A DNA stretch of 64,000 nt from Myxococcota bacterium (GTDB taxonomy: Bacteria > Myxococcota_A > SURF-8): NCBI GenBank assembly GCA_963674735.2, contig CAXXQS010000001.1, positions 736,001 through 800,000 of the forward strand, in the 5' to 3' direction. Of the stretch, positions 1 through 9,801 are shown piece by piece. Position numbers and translations under genes: made by a program. Within the stretch, counting starts at the first letter, position 1. The number at the start of each line of letters is the position of its first letter. Below the pieces are notes generated by a model that saw nothing but the letters and a program-made list of their open reading frames with translations, did not search any database and had not been told where the DNA came from.

Positions 1-1
1 G

Positions 2-499
2 TTGACTCTGCATGCCGGAGTTGTCCGTTGGGGAGTCGGCTTGATGTTTCGTTTCACGTTCCTGAAACGATTCACCAACGAAGCCGAACGGATGCAGCAA
101 GAATTCACCGAAGGCGTCCTTCAACTTGTTAAGCCTCGGTTATTGTTGGGTATTCTTTTTACTATTCTGGCCTATGGCATATACTTTGTTCAGTGTGAGG
201 ACATCGCCTTTGCCATCGACGTCCCGCTTGACTTTTGGGTGCTGGGGATGATAATACCGATCACTATTTTTGTTACCATGCTGCCGATTTCCCCGGCCGG
301 GCTGGGGACACGCGAAGCGGCTATTATTTATCTGTTTGGATTGCAGGCTGTTGGACAAGAAGCGGCATTGAGTTTTTCTCTGCTGATGTTTGTCGTATTC
401 AATCTGGCCATGGGTCTGATCGGGTATGCCTTCTGGCTTTCGCTACCACAACCGGACCGCCTGACTGCGGCCGCAATTTTTACCGGAGACGACCCGTGA
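2..499 (+). CDS. Lysylphosphatidylglycerol-synthase TM / UPF0104 flippase-like membrane protein (5' partial)
   Basis: Multi-TM protein with the family motif LPISPAGLGTREAA; runs off the window start. Confidence 0.8.
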   Translation: MTLHAGVVRWGVGLMFRFTFLKRFTNEAERMQQEFTEGVLQLVKPRLLLGILFTILAYGIYFVQCEDIAFAIDVPLDFWVLGMIIPITIFVTMLPISPAGLGTREAAIIYLFGLQAVGQEAALSFSLLMFVVFNLAMGLIGYAFWLSLPQPDRLTAAAIFTGDDP

Positions 500-3400
500 G
501 TGAATCGGACCGCCGCCAACCTACACCCCCAACTCTCCCGCCCTCTACGCCAGTTGAAGATAGGCCTGCGCCGGAGTTTGTGCCGCTCAACCCCGAAGGC
601 CTTTCCGATGCCGATTTGAGTGCGCAAGTCGAACCGACGGATCTGGGCCTGCGTGAAAGTGGACCGCAAGAGTCACCGGAAGGTTTGGCGGCTGAGCGTG
701 TTGAGCTGGCCGACCCGCTTGATTGGTCCGAAAAGAGAACGGAACCTGCGGAGACCTTGGCGGATGAACCAACTGGTATTTTGGATGTGGAGATGCCTGT
801 GCTCCACGCGAGTCAAGCCGATGCAACTGACTCTGAGGTAAAAAGGCGCAAAAAAATCAAACCGGTTTCATCCGCAGTGAAATTCACCGCCGATGGACCT
901 TCCCATTTCTGGCAGCGTGCTACCCAACTGTTGTTTCTGATTTATGTGTTTCTGTGCTTGGCCAACATTGCCGATGCTTTTCTCTGGCATCACAAGGGCT
1001 GGAACTGTGCTCGCCGAAGCGTGCAGGCGCTCAATTATTTAAAGTACGGCTATGTCGAAACGGGCTTACGTACCTACGATAATCCCGGAGAGACACGCGG
1101 CAAGGATGGATTGCCCGAAAAGCCGGATCTCTATTGGCACCATCCGCCCGGAAGTCAGGTGTATCTGTCGGCCTGGTACGGATTGCTCGGGAAGGGAGAG
1201 TTCCAGGCTCGTCTGGCCTTTGTCCTGTTGTCATGCGCCGCATTTCTGATGTTCTGGGGGGCGTTTCGTCGTGCATCCGGTGACCGGACCGCCTTTCTTG
1301 TGCTTTTTTTCTGGACGTTTATGCCGATCATGGCTACGTACGTCAATTTGGTGAATTTTGAGACTATGGTCTTTTTCGCCATGGCCTGTGTTCTCTATGG
1401 CTGGGAGCGTTGGCGTGAAGCGAAAGGCTGGCGTTGGATCGGGTTGATGGGTCTGGGTGTGTTGACGGGAGTGTTCACCGATTGGCCGGCTTTGCCTTTT
1501 TTCTTTTTCTTCTTCCTTTACATGTTGACTCAACTCAATCTGGAGCGTGACCGTCTTCCCGGCTTTTTCCGACGCAATGGAATTGCTATTTTCTTTGCTC
1601 TGGTCGTGCTTGCCTGCACCGCCTTGATGGTCTGGTTGATGTTCAACTGGAAAGAATCGGTCGATGCTTGGATCAGCACATACAATAGCCGGGCGCGTGT
1701 CGGCAATGAAGGGTTTTTGAAGGTTCTGAAGAAATGGGATGGGTACCTTGATTTCTTTACGCCGGTACCCTATGTCCTGGCCGCCTTTTACTTGCTGGAC
1801 GTGGTTCCGCGCGTGATTACAAGAACCTTGACGCGTCTCGACGGTTATTTTCTTGTTTTTCTCGGATCGGCGCTTGCGTATCTCGGACCGTTGAAGCAAG
1901 CCTTGATGCATCACGAGTATGGGGCGTTGTATTTCGTGCCGATTCTTGCGATTGTCTCCGGGGTGAGCCTCCATAACATGAGTTTGCTGCTAGGCCGTCG
2001 TCATAAAGTTGCGGTGAATCTCCTGCTGCTTTTGGCGCTGGTGCCGACCTTGGTTTGCGCGATACCCAAGATTCATGCCAAGCATTGCTCGCCGATGTTC
2101 GAGTACACCGAGCCGCTGATGTTCAACCGCAACAGCGAGCAGTATGAATTCCGTTATTATTACAAAGCGCTAGGTCCGATGGTGCAGGCGCTTGTGAAGC
2201 CGGATGAATGGATGGTGTTGAGCAAAATTCCGCATCACCCGGCCAAGTGGTTCTATCTCGACCGTGCCAACAAAAGTTCCAGCGATCTCAAGAAATTACC
2301 TGGTTTGATCGCCGATAAGAAGTACAAGGCTTTTCTGACCTATGTTCACAAGATCCGCATCCGTTTTTTAGGTCCGCTTCTCAAGCAAAATGCGCATATC
2401 CGCTACCGAGATTTTGCCCTTTTCGACCTTACCGGCGAGCGTTTGGAACATACCGAGGTGCGGGTACTCAAGCGCGAAGCACGCTCCGATCTTTTCCGTT
2501 ATTTCACCGGACATTCTCGTGGAAAGGTTGAAGTCGTTACCGATCATTGGCGTTCGCTGGATTATGCACTCAAGCTCGACCGTTCCAAGGATGCCTATTA
2601 CCATCGTCTGAAGACGATTGAAGGTGCGGAGGTTCCCGATCCGCTGCACAAGGCGATTGCGGAGTACAACTACGCGAAATCCAAAGGAGAGAAGCCCGAT
2701 ACGGATAGTGTCATGAAGGGGCTCGATACCCCGAAAAAACCGATCAAACTTCCCGGTGGAATCAAGCTGGTCGGTTATCGCCTTTTACGCGAACCGGACG
2801 GTGCTCAGCGAGTGACGTTGGTCTATAGCGCCAATAAAAAGCTGGATCAGAATTACTTTGCAACTTGGGAGGCGCGTCCGGAGACGGAAACCGAAGCATT
2901 CAAGGGTAAGTTCAAAACGCACAAACGGGAACAGCCGTTCGATGTGCCTTCATCGTTTTGGAAACCGGGTTGGCTTTACACGGCCGAATTCGACATGGGT
3001 GTCCCGTTCGAGCGTTGGAAGCTGACCACCGGTATGGAGTATTACGATAGCTTCAAAGTCGTGGATCCGAAAAATCATAAGGATGATTTCCAGCTTCATT
3101 GCGCAACCTTACCCCTCGGTGAAGCCGATCGTTTGGATGGATTGGCGAGCCGGATCAAGAACCAGGTGGATCGCGAAGCGCAACTCAATGCTCTTATGCA
3201 GAAGAGCGGTCTGAAGAAACCGACTCGAAAAATTTACAAAAAACTCGGTGACGATTTTACCGTCTTGGGCTGTTTAGCCGCTCAAACCGAGAAGGGGAAA
3301 GATTGGCAGGTGCGAATGGTGGTACGAACCGATCATCTGCCGCAAAGCGACTATACCTGGTCGTTCTACTCATCGGTGAGAAACGAAAAATGGGAACGGA

Positions 3401-3630
3401 AGGTCAAATACCCGGAAGATGGGCGTTTGACGATTCGAGGGGATCGTCGCATTTTGTCTTTCAATGTTTCCGGCAAATCTCGTCTCCCTGCGCGCGGAGT
3501 TCAGGTGAAGATTGCGGCACCCCGCGGCAAGAGCCAGAGGGCGGACCAGCGGCTTACGGTTGGCAACATGGGGACCATCCTGCCTTTGCATTGGCTTCTG
3601 CGTCTGGATGCGTATCGTCTGCAATTCTAA
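496..3630 (+). CDS. ArnT/PMT-like (GT-C fold) glycosyltransferase with a large C-terminal extracytoplasmic region
   Basis: GTG at 496 overlaps the upstream TGA (GTGA coupling); acidic disordered N-terminus, YWHHPPG motif, about 11 TM helices, then a Lys-rich soluble tail. Confidence 0.75.
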   Translation: MSESDRRQPTPPTLPPSTPVEDRPAPEFVPLNPEGLSDADLSAQVEPTDLGLRESGPQESPEGLAAERVELADPLDWSEKRTEPAETLADEPTGILDVEMPVLHASQADATDSEVKRRKKIKPVSSAVKFTADGPSHFWQRATQLLFLIYVFLCLANIADAFLWHHKGWNCARRSVQALNYLKYGYVETGLRTYDNPGETRGKDGLPEKPDLYWHHPPGSQVYLSAWYGLLGKGEFQARLAFVLLSCAAFLMFWGAFRRASGDRTAFLVLFFWTFMPIMATYVNLVNFETMVFFAMACVLYGWERWREAKGWRWIGLMGLGVLTGVFTDWPALPFFFFFFLYMLTQLNLERDRLPGFFRRNGIAIFFALVVLACTALMVWLMFNWKESVDAWISTYNSRARVGNEGFLKVLKKWDGYLDFFTPVPYVLAAFYLLDVVPRVITRTLTRLDGYFLVFLGSALAYLGPLKQALMHHEYGALYFVPILAIVSGVSLHNMSLLLGRRHKVAVNLLLLLALVPTLVCAIPKIHAKHCSPMFEYTEPLMFNRNSEQYEFRYYYKALGPMVQALVKPDEWMVLSKIPHHPAKWFYLDRANKSSSDLKKLPGLIADKKYKAFLTYVHKIRIRFLGPLLKQNAHIRYRDFALFDLTGERLEHTEVRVLKREARSDLFRYFTGHSRGKVEVVTDHWRSLDYALKLDRSKDAYYHRLKTIEGAEVPDPLHKAIAEYNYAKSKGEKPDTDSVMKGLDTPKKPIKLPGGIKLVGYRLLREPDGAQRVTLVYSANKKLDQNYFATWEARPETETEAFKGKFKTHKREQPFDVPSSFWKPGWLYTAEFDMGVPFERWKLTTGMEYYDSFKVVDPKNHKDDFQLHCATLPLGEADRLDGLASRIKNQVDREAQLNALMQKSGLKKPTRKIYKKLGDDFTVLGCLAAQTEKGKDWQVRMVVRTDHLPQSDYTWSFYSSVRNEKWERKVKYPEDGRLTIRGDRRILSFNVSGKSRLPARGVQVKIAAPRGKSQRADQRLTVGNMGTILPLHWLLRLDAYRLQF

Positions 3631-3652
3631 AAAACCGGTAATCGTGATGTAA

Positions 3653-4699
3653 TCAGGGGGACTTGTGTGATCGCTCGTTCAGTCGTTGACGCGCGCGTTC
3701 GATGGCATGCCGGATGACTGTGTCGGTCGTTTGCGACTGGGCGATCGCCAGTGCGTCGAGAAGCTCTGTCCGTCCGCTGTTTCCGACTGCAATCGCCGCA
3801 TTTCGAAGGAATCCCGTCCATTTCGGACGCATGGCGGCGGTACCGGCGTAACGGGCAACAAAGTCGTTTTCGGGGCAGGTTAGGACCGTGGCGAGGTCGA
3901 TGTGGCGGGGAATTCGTTCAAGCAGAATATCGGGGTGCAGGCTTTCCCGGGCTTGTCGGTTGAAGGGACACACTTCCTGGCAGCCATCGCAGCCGAGCAC
4001 CCAATTTCCCATTCGATCCATAATCTCAGCGGGGATTTCACCCCGATTTTCAACGGTATGGAAGCTGATGCAGCGACGTGGGTCGATGCTATGGGTTGCG
4101 TGTAGCGCGCCTGTCGGACAAGCCTTTAAGCAGAGCGAACAATCGCCGCACTGTGATTCGAGCGGGCTGTCGACGGGCAAGGGCAGGGTGGTCAGGATCA
4201 CGCCGAGGAAAACGTAAGAGCCGTAGTCGGGATTGATCAGGCAGGCATTTTTTCCAACAAAGCCTAATCCGGCGGCCTGAGCCAACGCTCGTTCCATGAC
4301 CGGTCCATAATCGACGTAGGCCCGTTGTGTGCCGCCTTGAAGGGTCATCCAGGGTGTCAATTTCTTGAAAGCGCTCTCGAAAATCCGATGATAGTCACGT
4401 CCTGTTGCGTAACGGCTGATGCGTCCCGTTCGCCCGGCAACGGGACGAGAGGGGGTCGGGTGTTTGTAGGGCAGGCCCAAGACGAGGGCGGCCTGCGCGC
4501 CAAGCAAGATGCGGTCCGCTCCTTCGCTCCTATCGCGACGCGTTGCCAGATAGGGCATGTCGCTTCCAAAACCGGCGTCCAGCCATTCCTGGAAACGTGT
4601 GTAATGACGAGGGGCCGGAACGGGCGGAGCGACTCCGACGAGTGGGAAACCCAACGAGTGGACCAGACCGAACAGTTCGGTTTTTAGATCCGTGTTCAT
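3653..4699 (-). CDS. queG: tRNA epoxyqueuosine(34) reductase
   Basis: ISRYATGRDYH, VDYGPVMER, CGDCSLCLKACPTGA and GCDGCQEVCPFN motifs. Confidence 0.95.
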   Translation of the reverse strand: MNTDLKTELFGLVHSLGFPLVGVAPPVPAPRHYTRFQEWLDAGFGSDMPYLATRRDRSEGADRILLGAQAALVLGLPYKHPTPSRPVAGRTGRISRYATGRDYHRIFESAFKKLTPWMTLQGGTQRAYVDYGPVMERALAQAAGLGFVGKNACLINPDYGSYVFLGVILTTLPLPVDSPLESQCGDCSLCLKACPTGALHATHSIDPRRCISFHTVENRGEIPAEIMDRMGNWVLGCDGCQEVCPFNRQARESLHPDILLERIPRHIDLATVLTCPENDFVARYAGTAAMRPKWTGFLRNAAIAVGNSGRTELLDALAIAQSQTTDTVIRHAIERARQRLNERSHKSP

Positions 4700-5742
4700 T
4701 TAGCCGAGACCTCGTCCAATATGCGGCGGATTGTGGCGGCGGCGTGTTGGATATCGGCTTCCGAAATGCCTGCATGCGTGACGAAACGGTATTCGCCGCC
4801 TTCGGGGGGATACGTGAGCACGCCTTCCGCTTGCAGGCGTGCGACGAAGTTGTCGTCGGATAGTTTGCCGGTCTGCAACTGTACGAAAACCATGTTGATT
4901 TCCACCGGGCGCGTCACTCGTGCGCCCGGTACAGCGCTGAGTGATTCGGCCAACAGGTGGGCGTGGCGATGATCGTCTTTCAAGCGTAAACGCATATCGT
5001 GGATGGCAAGACGTCCGGCAGCGGCCATGAAGCCAGCCTGACGCATACCGCCCCCCATGATCTTACGGTTTCGGCGAGCCTGGTCGATGAAGGAGCGGGT
5101 GCCGACCAGGATGGAACCAACCGGGGCGGCCAGCCCTTTCGAAAGACAAAAAGTGATAGAGTCGGCATAGTTGGCCATTTCGGCGGGATCGACGTCGAGA
5201 GCGGTGGCGGCGTTGAAAAAGCGCGCACCGTCGATATGGATGGGGACGTCGTGTTCATCCGCCAGAGAATGTAGGTCGGCAAGCGCCGACATGGGCATGA
5301 CGTTTCCCATGGCGGTGGCTTGTTCCAGGCATATCAACCCGGTGCGCGGGTAGTGGATATCGTCACCGCTACGCAGACGCGGAAAGATGTCGTCGGGTTT
5401 GAGATAACGACCGTTTTCCGGCAGTACGGATCGAAGCTGGACCCGTGAAATCAGAGCCGACGCTCCGGCTTCGTGCTGGACGATGTGGCTGCTTTCACTC
5501 AGGATCACTTCATTGCCCGAATGGGTATGAGTCAGGATCGCGCATTGGTTGCCGAAGGTGCCCGATGGGATGAACAGGGCGGCTTCTTTTCCCAGCAATT
5601 CTGCCGCTTCGTTTTCAAGTTTGTTGATAGTGGGGTCTTCACCCAGGACATCGTCGCCGACTTCACAAGAGAACATGGCTTCGCGCATGGCTTGGGTCGG
5701 CTGGGTGACCGTGTCGGATCGCAGGTCGATTGGGGTGGGCAT
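4696..5742 (-). CDS. ltaE: Low-specificity L-threonine aldolase
   Basis: IDLRSDTVT, GDDVLGEDPT, HIDGARFFNA, CLSKGL (PLP Lys) and GGGMRQAG motifs; start set at ATG 5742. Confidence 0.93.
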   Translation of the reverse strand: MPTPIDLRSDTVTQPTQAMREAMFSCEVGDDVLGEDPTINKLENEAAELLGKEAALFIPSGTFGNQCAILTHTHSGNEVILSESSHIVQHEAGASALISRVQLRSVLPENGRYLKPDDIFPRLRSGDDIHYPRTGLICLEQATAMGNVMPMSALADLHSLADEHDVPIHIDGARFFNAATALDVDPAEMANYADSITFCLSKGLAAPVGSILVGTRSFIDQARRNRKIMGGGMRQAGFMAAAGRLAIHDMRLRLKDDHRHAHLLAESLSAVPGARVTRPVEINMVFVQLQTGKLSDDNFVARLQAEGVLTYPPEGGEYRFVTHAGISEADIQHAAATIRRILDEVSAK

Positions 5743-5813
5743 CGGGACGCCTCGCAGTTCGGGGTTGAACATCGCGCGATTGTACCGATTTTCCCTTTAC
5801 TTGGCGAATTCTT

Positions 5814-6023
5814 TTAAACGGATGGAGGCTCGCCTTCAGAAGGCTTGGAAGCGGCTTTTTCATCTGCGCTCGGCTTTTCTTTGACAAGGACGGAATCGGG
5901 TTCGGGTGTCGGCACGCGACAGGAGTCCGACATTCAGGTATTGACGCCGAGACGCGGAAGTATCCAGCGGTTGAGAATGAACCACAGGGCGAAGAATCCG
6001 ATAATCCACAGACCATCTTTCAT
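5814..6023 (-). CDS. Small single-TM protein with an in-frame TGA at codon 30 (candidate selenoprotein, 69 aa; 29 aa if TGA is a stop)
   Basis: Read manually: AAGGAGG RBS, ATG at 6023, MKDGLWIIGFFALWFILNRWILPRLGVNT-TGA-MSDSCRVPTPEPDSVLVKEKPSADEKAASKPSEGEPPSV-TAA; hairpin directly after the TGA; absent from the ORF track. Confidence 0.6.
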
Positions 6024-6126
6024 TTGGGCAGTCCTCCTTGATCAGGGGTCAGTAGTATGGCAAAAGTCGTGCCTGAAAACCATGACAATCGTCAGTGAGG
6101 GAAATTAAAAGGAGGTCGGAAAAGTA

Positions 6127-6155
6127 TTGACATCATCTTGTGCCCCGAATACCCT
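6127..6155 (+). promoter_or_regulatory. Putative sigma70 promoter for serC
   Basis: TTGACA-17 nt-TACCCT about 80 bp upstream of the serC start. Confidence 0.4.
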
Positions 6156-6233
6156 CAGGCCCATTGGGAGCATGCGGGGCCGGATGTCGGCTTCCACATA
6201 GAGACGTGCTTAAGAACGAACGAGGAGAAGGCC

Positions 6234-7319
6234 ATGCCCGAACGGATTTATAATTTTGCCGCGGGACCCTGCACTTTGCCGCTTGAGGCACTCAAAAAGG
6301 CGCAGGCCGAATTCGTGAACTTCGAGAATGCCGGAATGTCGCTCTTTGAAATGAGCCATCGTGGTAAAATCTACGACAAGGTTCATATGGATTGCATGCA
6401 GTTGGTCCGCGATGTTTACGAGTTGCCCGAAACCCACAAGGTTCTGTTCATCGGCGGCGGCGCTACTTTGCAATTCACCATGATTCCGATGAATTTCCTC
6501 GCTCCCGGTTCCTTTGCTGAGTACATCAATACCGGAACGTGGGCGACCAAGGCTTACAACGATGCCAAACTGATTGGCGATGCGCGTGAAATCGCCACCG
6601 GTAAACCCAATGAATTCATGACGATCCCGAAGGATTTCAAGGTGGATCCGAAGGCCGCCTATCTACACCTCACGACCAATAACACCATTAAAGGGACCGA
6701 GCTGCACAAGTTGCCCGAGACGAACGGGGTGCCGATTTTTGCCGATATGAGTTCGGATTTCATGTCGCGGAAAGTAGACTGGAGCCGCATTGGATTGGCC
6801 TATGGCGGTATCCAGAAAAATCTCGGTCCTGCCGGTATGTCGCTGGTTATCATCCGCAACGATATCCTTGAGAAGGCGCGAACCGATATTCCGTCGTATT
6901 TGCGTTACGATTTGCATGCGAGTAAAGACAGCATGTACAACACACCGCCCATGTTCCAGATTTACATGATGAAGCTGGTTCTGGAGTGGGTGCGCGACAA
7001 CGGTGGCTTGGAGGGGATGGACAAGCGCGCCGATGAGCGTTCGAACATCGTTTACAAGGCCATTGACGATAATTCGACTTACTTCCGGTGCCCGGTCAAT
7101 CGTGAAGATCGCTCCCGTATGAACGTCTGTTTCCGCCTGCCGAGCGAGGAACTGGAAGCCAAGTTCGTCGCCGAAGCCTTGGCTGCCGGAATGAACGGAC
7201 TGAAGGGCCACCGAAGTGTCGGCGGCTGCCGGTCTTCATTGTACAATGCCATGCCGATCGAGGGAGCGGAAACCCTGGCTGCTTTCATGGTGGACTTCAT
7301 GAAAAAGAATCCTGCCTAA
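6234..7319 (+). CDS. serC: Phosphoserine aminotransferase
   Basis: YNFAAGP, EMSHRG, DMSSD, QKNLGPAG, YNTPP and GHRSVGG motifs; GAGGAG RBS before ATG 6234. Confidence 0.97.
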   Translation: MPERIYNFAAGPCTLPLEALKKAQAEFVNFENAGMSLFEMSHRGKIYDKVHMDCMQLVRDVYELPETHKVLFIGGGATLQFTMIPMNFLAPGSFAEYINTGTWATKAYNDAKLIGDAREIATGKPNEFMTIPKDFKVDPKAAYLHLTTNNTIKGTELHKLPETNGVPIFADMSSDFMSRKVDWSRIGLAYGGIQKNLGPAGMSLVIIRNDILEKARTDIPSYLRYDLHASKDSMYNTPPMFQIYMMKLVLEWVRDNGGLEGMDKRADERSNIVYKAIDDNSTYFRCPVNREDRSRMNVCFRLPSEELEAKFVAEALAAGMNGLKGHRSVGGCRSSLYNAMPIEGAETLAAFMVDFMKKNPA

Positions 7320-7342
7320 TCTTCCGATCTATAGCAACATCG

Positions 7343-7372
7343 AACGGCGGTCCTGTGTGGGACCGCCGTTTT
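7343..7372 (+). terminator. Intrinsic terminator between convergent genes
   Basis: AACGGCGGTCC-TGTGTG-GGACCGCCGTT 11-bp stem followed by Ts. Confidence 0.8.
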
Positions 7373-7396
7373 GGGTTTCATGCTAAGGAATGGGTG

Positions 7397-8407
7397 TTAT
7401 CCGCGATTCTGTTCGGCGATCATTTCGATAGCTTCTTCAATAGTTTCGCGCACATCGGGGTCGGGGTCCCCCAGACAATTTCGCAAGACTTCCTTGAAAC
7501 ACTCATCCCCTAAAAGACCGATTGCGTAGGCGGCATCTCCCCGTATTTGCGGCTGGTCGTTGCGCAATAGTTCGCATAGAGATGGCCCCATCAGGCAGGC
7601 GAGATCGTGATGGGTTACGGTAAGTTCTTCGACGATACGTAAAACAGACATGTGCAGGCTGATTTCCTGTTCCTGCAATAACTTGGGTAATGCGCGAATG
7701 GCATCGGGTTTTTCAATCAATGTGGGAAGCAAGTCTTCCAACGTTCCGTTGGTCAGTTGGGATTTCAACGTTGTGACCCATGGCTGGGGATCGGGACCCA
7801 AAACCGTGAGTAAATCCTCCAGCTTGGTTTGGCCCACCCAGCGAATTTGCTTGTCGATGACCAACGTCGGAGTGGAGCGAATGCCCAGTTCGGTCGCTCT
7901 TTTCATGAAGCGCGAGGCGTCGATGATCCATGTTGTGAGACCCTCGTTCAGTAGCGTGATGGCGTTCATGTAGGTAACCATCTGGGCGCAGTGAGGACAT
8001 TGGGGAGTAACATAAACCTCTGTTTCAAGCACGAGCTCTTTGAAGCGTGCCGCATATTGCTGGGTGTATTTCAACGTTTGGCATTCGATATCGGCAGCAG
8101 CCGCCAATGTGGCGATGAAGGGGGCCCATTCTCCATCCAGAGGGAGTGCCGCATAACGGACGCCTTCTCCATGAGGACCGGATAAGGCCAGGTAGGAGAG
8201 CTCGCTGTCGGAGACGATTTCGCTAATTTCGATAGCTGGGAAGTGCTCTTTAATTTCGCTAACAAAATCTTTCAGTTCCCTTCCCAATAGGTCGTCTGGG
8301 CTTGTTGCGGCGAGGGTTAACTGAATCCGGTTTTGATAATCTCCGATCGCCTGTCGCAACTCGTTGATTTGGTTGTCTGTCAACATGCCTATTTCTCTTG
8401 TTGTCAT
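7397..8407 (-). CDS. AhpF-N-like thioredoxin-fold protein (CPHC) fused to HEAT repeats
   Basis: Tandem thioredoxin-like folds with VTPQCPHC and STPT; C-terminal IRGDAAYAIG / DPDPDVRE HEAT motifs. Confidence 0.75.
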   Translation of the reverse strand: MTTREIGMLTDNQINELRQAIGDYQNRIQLTLAATSPDDLLGRELKDFVSEIKEHFPAIEISEIVSDSELSYLALSGPHGEGVRYAALPLDGEWAPFIATLAAAADIECQTLKYTQQYAARFKELVLETEVYVTPQCPHCAQMVTYMNAITLLNEGLTTWIIDASRFMKRATELGIRSTPTLVIDKQIRWVGQTKLEDLLTVLGPDPQPWVTTLKSQLTNGTLEDLLPTLIEKPDAIRALPKLLQEQEISLHMSVLRIVEELTVTHHDLACLMGPSLCELLRNDQPQIRGDAAYAIGLLGDECFKEVLRNCLGDPDPDVRETIEEAIEMIAEQNRG

Positions 8408-8535
8408 GATTATCCCGAAATGCTAACACACTCCTGTTTGCTAGTCAATGTACTGAAATTACATATAGAAACGGGCGGATTAGGAAGAAGCATTCATGCC
8501 TTACGCGTTTGGGTGATCGCGAAAACCGCGAATGA

Positions 8536-9801
8536 CTATTTCGTGAGGTGACGGTCGTTGGTTTGGATTACTTTTACCAGGGTTTCCCAAAATGCAGCGG
8601 TTCCCGAAGGAAGTTCGGTTCCATCGAAACAGATTGCGAACCGGCTCGAAAATACTCCTTCCGCGGAAGCATTTCGATGGCGGAGTTTCAGTCCGACAGT
8701 TTGTCCACGCTCGTTGTGAAAAGTCAAGCGAACCTGATCGCTGCTTTGTTCGATCTCCCCGAGCCACCATCCGGCGCGCGGTGTTTGGGTGGAGAAGGGG
8801 GCGACCAGCCTTTCCAATTCGTGTCTGGACAAAAACAAAGCCTCTGTTCGGAAAAACGTATCCCATCGTTTCGCGGTGACCGGCTTGAACTCGCTCCAGC
8901 CGAAGTGCTCGGCATAGAGGCTGGGTACGCCGAAACAAAATGCCTGGCAGGCGCAGGTTTGACAGGCCGGTTGTTTGGCGTAGTCGTGCATGGAGATCCA
9001 AGTGCTTGATCCTTTTTCACTTTGGCGCAAATCCAGCAGTTCGGTATATCCGAAAAGGGCGCGGGGTAATTGCACGAGGATACAATGGGGGAAAAGCTGG
9101 AAGGCGGTTCGAGCCGGGAGTTGCGCAAGATCCCATCGATTGACGTTTTCGACCAGCTTGTCATACCGCTCGACCAGTTCTTGAAAGCGCGGTTTGGCGG
9201 CACCGATGTATTTGAGACCGAGCATGACGACGGTATGCGGGGAAAATCCGCCGAGGAAACGGGCGATAGACTCAAGCTGTGGCGCGTTATAGTGGTTGAC
9301 CACGGTTTGGGTGAAGTAATCGATTTGTTCGCCTGCCTGTTTGGCCGATTGCAGATTGGCCAGCCCCTGGCGCACCCGTTGAAATCCGCCGGTTTTACCG
9401 CACAGGCGGTCGTGCAGAGCGTCTGTGTGTCCGTGGATGCTCAGTTCGACGGTTGTCATTCCGGCGTCGATCAAGCGGTCAAGATAGGCGCGGTCGGAGA
9501 GGGCGCGGCCGTTGGTTCCCACCGAGATACTTCGGGGATGGACTGTTTTCGCCAGGGCGATGAACTCGGCCAGCCGTGGGTTGGTGGTGGGCTCGAATCC
9601 GCCGAAACGGATCAGGCTACCGGGTTCGACGGTGGCAAGCCGTGCTTCAAGTTCGTCGGGTCGTCGGATTGCGATCTGCGCGGCGTTTAATCGGTTTTCG
9701 TGATCGGAGCAGAACAGGCAACGGTGCGGGCAACCGACGCCCACGGAGAATTCGACGACCGTTTTTTGCGGCGGCGGAGTGACGGGAAGTCGGGAACTCA
9801 T
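8536..9801 (-). CDS. Radical SAM protein with a C-terminal Cx2Cx5C motif and an extra domain
   Basis: CPHRCLFC, FGGFEP, TNGR, SIHG and CQTCACQAFC motifs. Confidence 0.85.
   Translation of the reverse strand: MSSRLPVTPPPQKTVVEFSVGVGCPHRCLFCSDHENRLNAAQIAIRRPDELEARLATVEPGSLIRFGGFEPTTNPRLAEFIALAKTVHPRSISVGTNGRALSDRAYLDRLIDAGMTTVELSIHGHTDALHDRLCGKTGGFQRVRQGLANLQSAKQAGEQIDYFTQTVVNHYNAPQLESIARFLGGFSPHTVVMLGLKYIGAAKPRFQELVERYDKLVENVNRWDLAQLPARTAFQLFPHCILVQLPRALFGYTELLDLRQSEKGSSTWISMHDYAKQPACQTCACQAFCFGVPSLYAEHFGWSEFKPVTAKRWDTFFRTEALFLSRHELERLVAPFSTQTPRAGWWLGEIEQSSDQVRLTFHNERGQTVGLKLRHRNASAEGVFSSRFAICFDGTELPSGTAAFWETLVKVIQTNDRHLTK

Noticed and set aside
235-495. N-terminal extension of the 1131-aa ORF
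   Set aside because: It overlaps the upstream gene in another frame; the GTGA-coupled start at 496 is more plausible.
5773-6233. Glycine riboswitch between ltaE and serC
   Set aside because: No recognisable aptamer motifs; the space is better explained by the small ORF and promoters.
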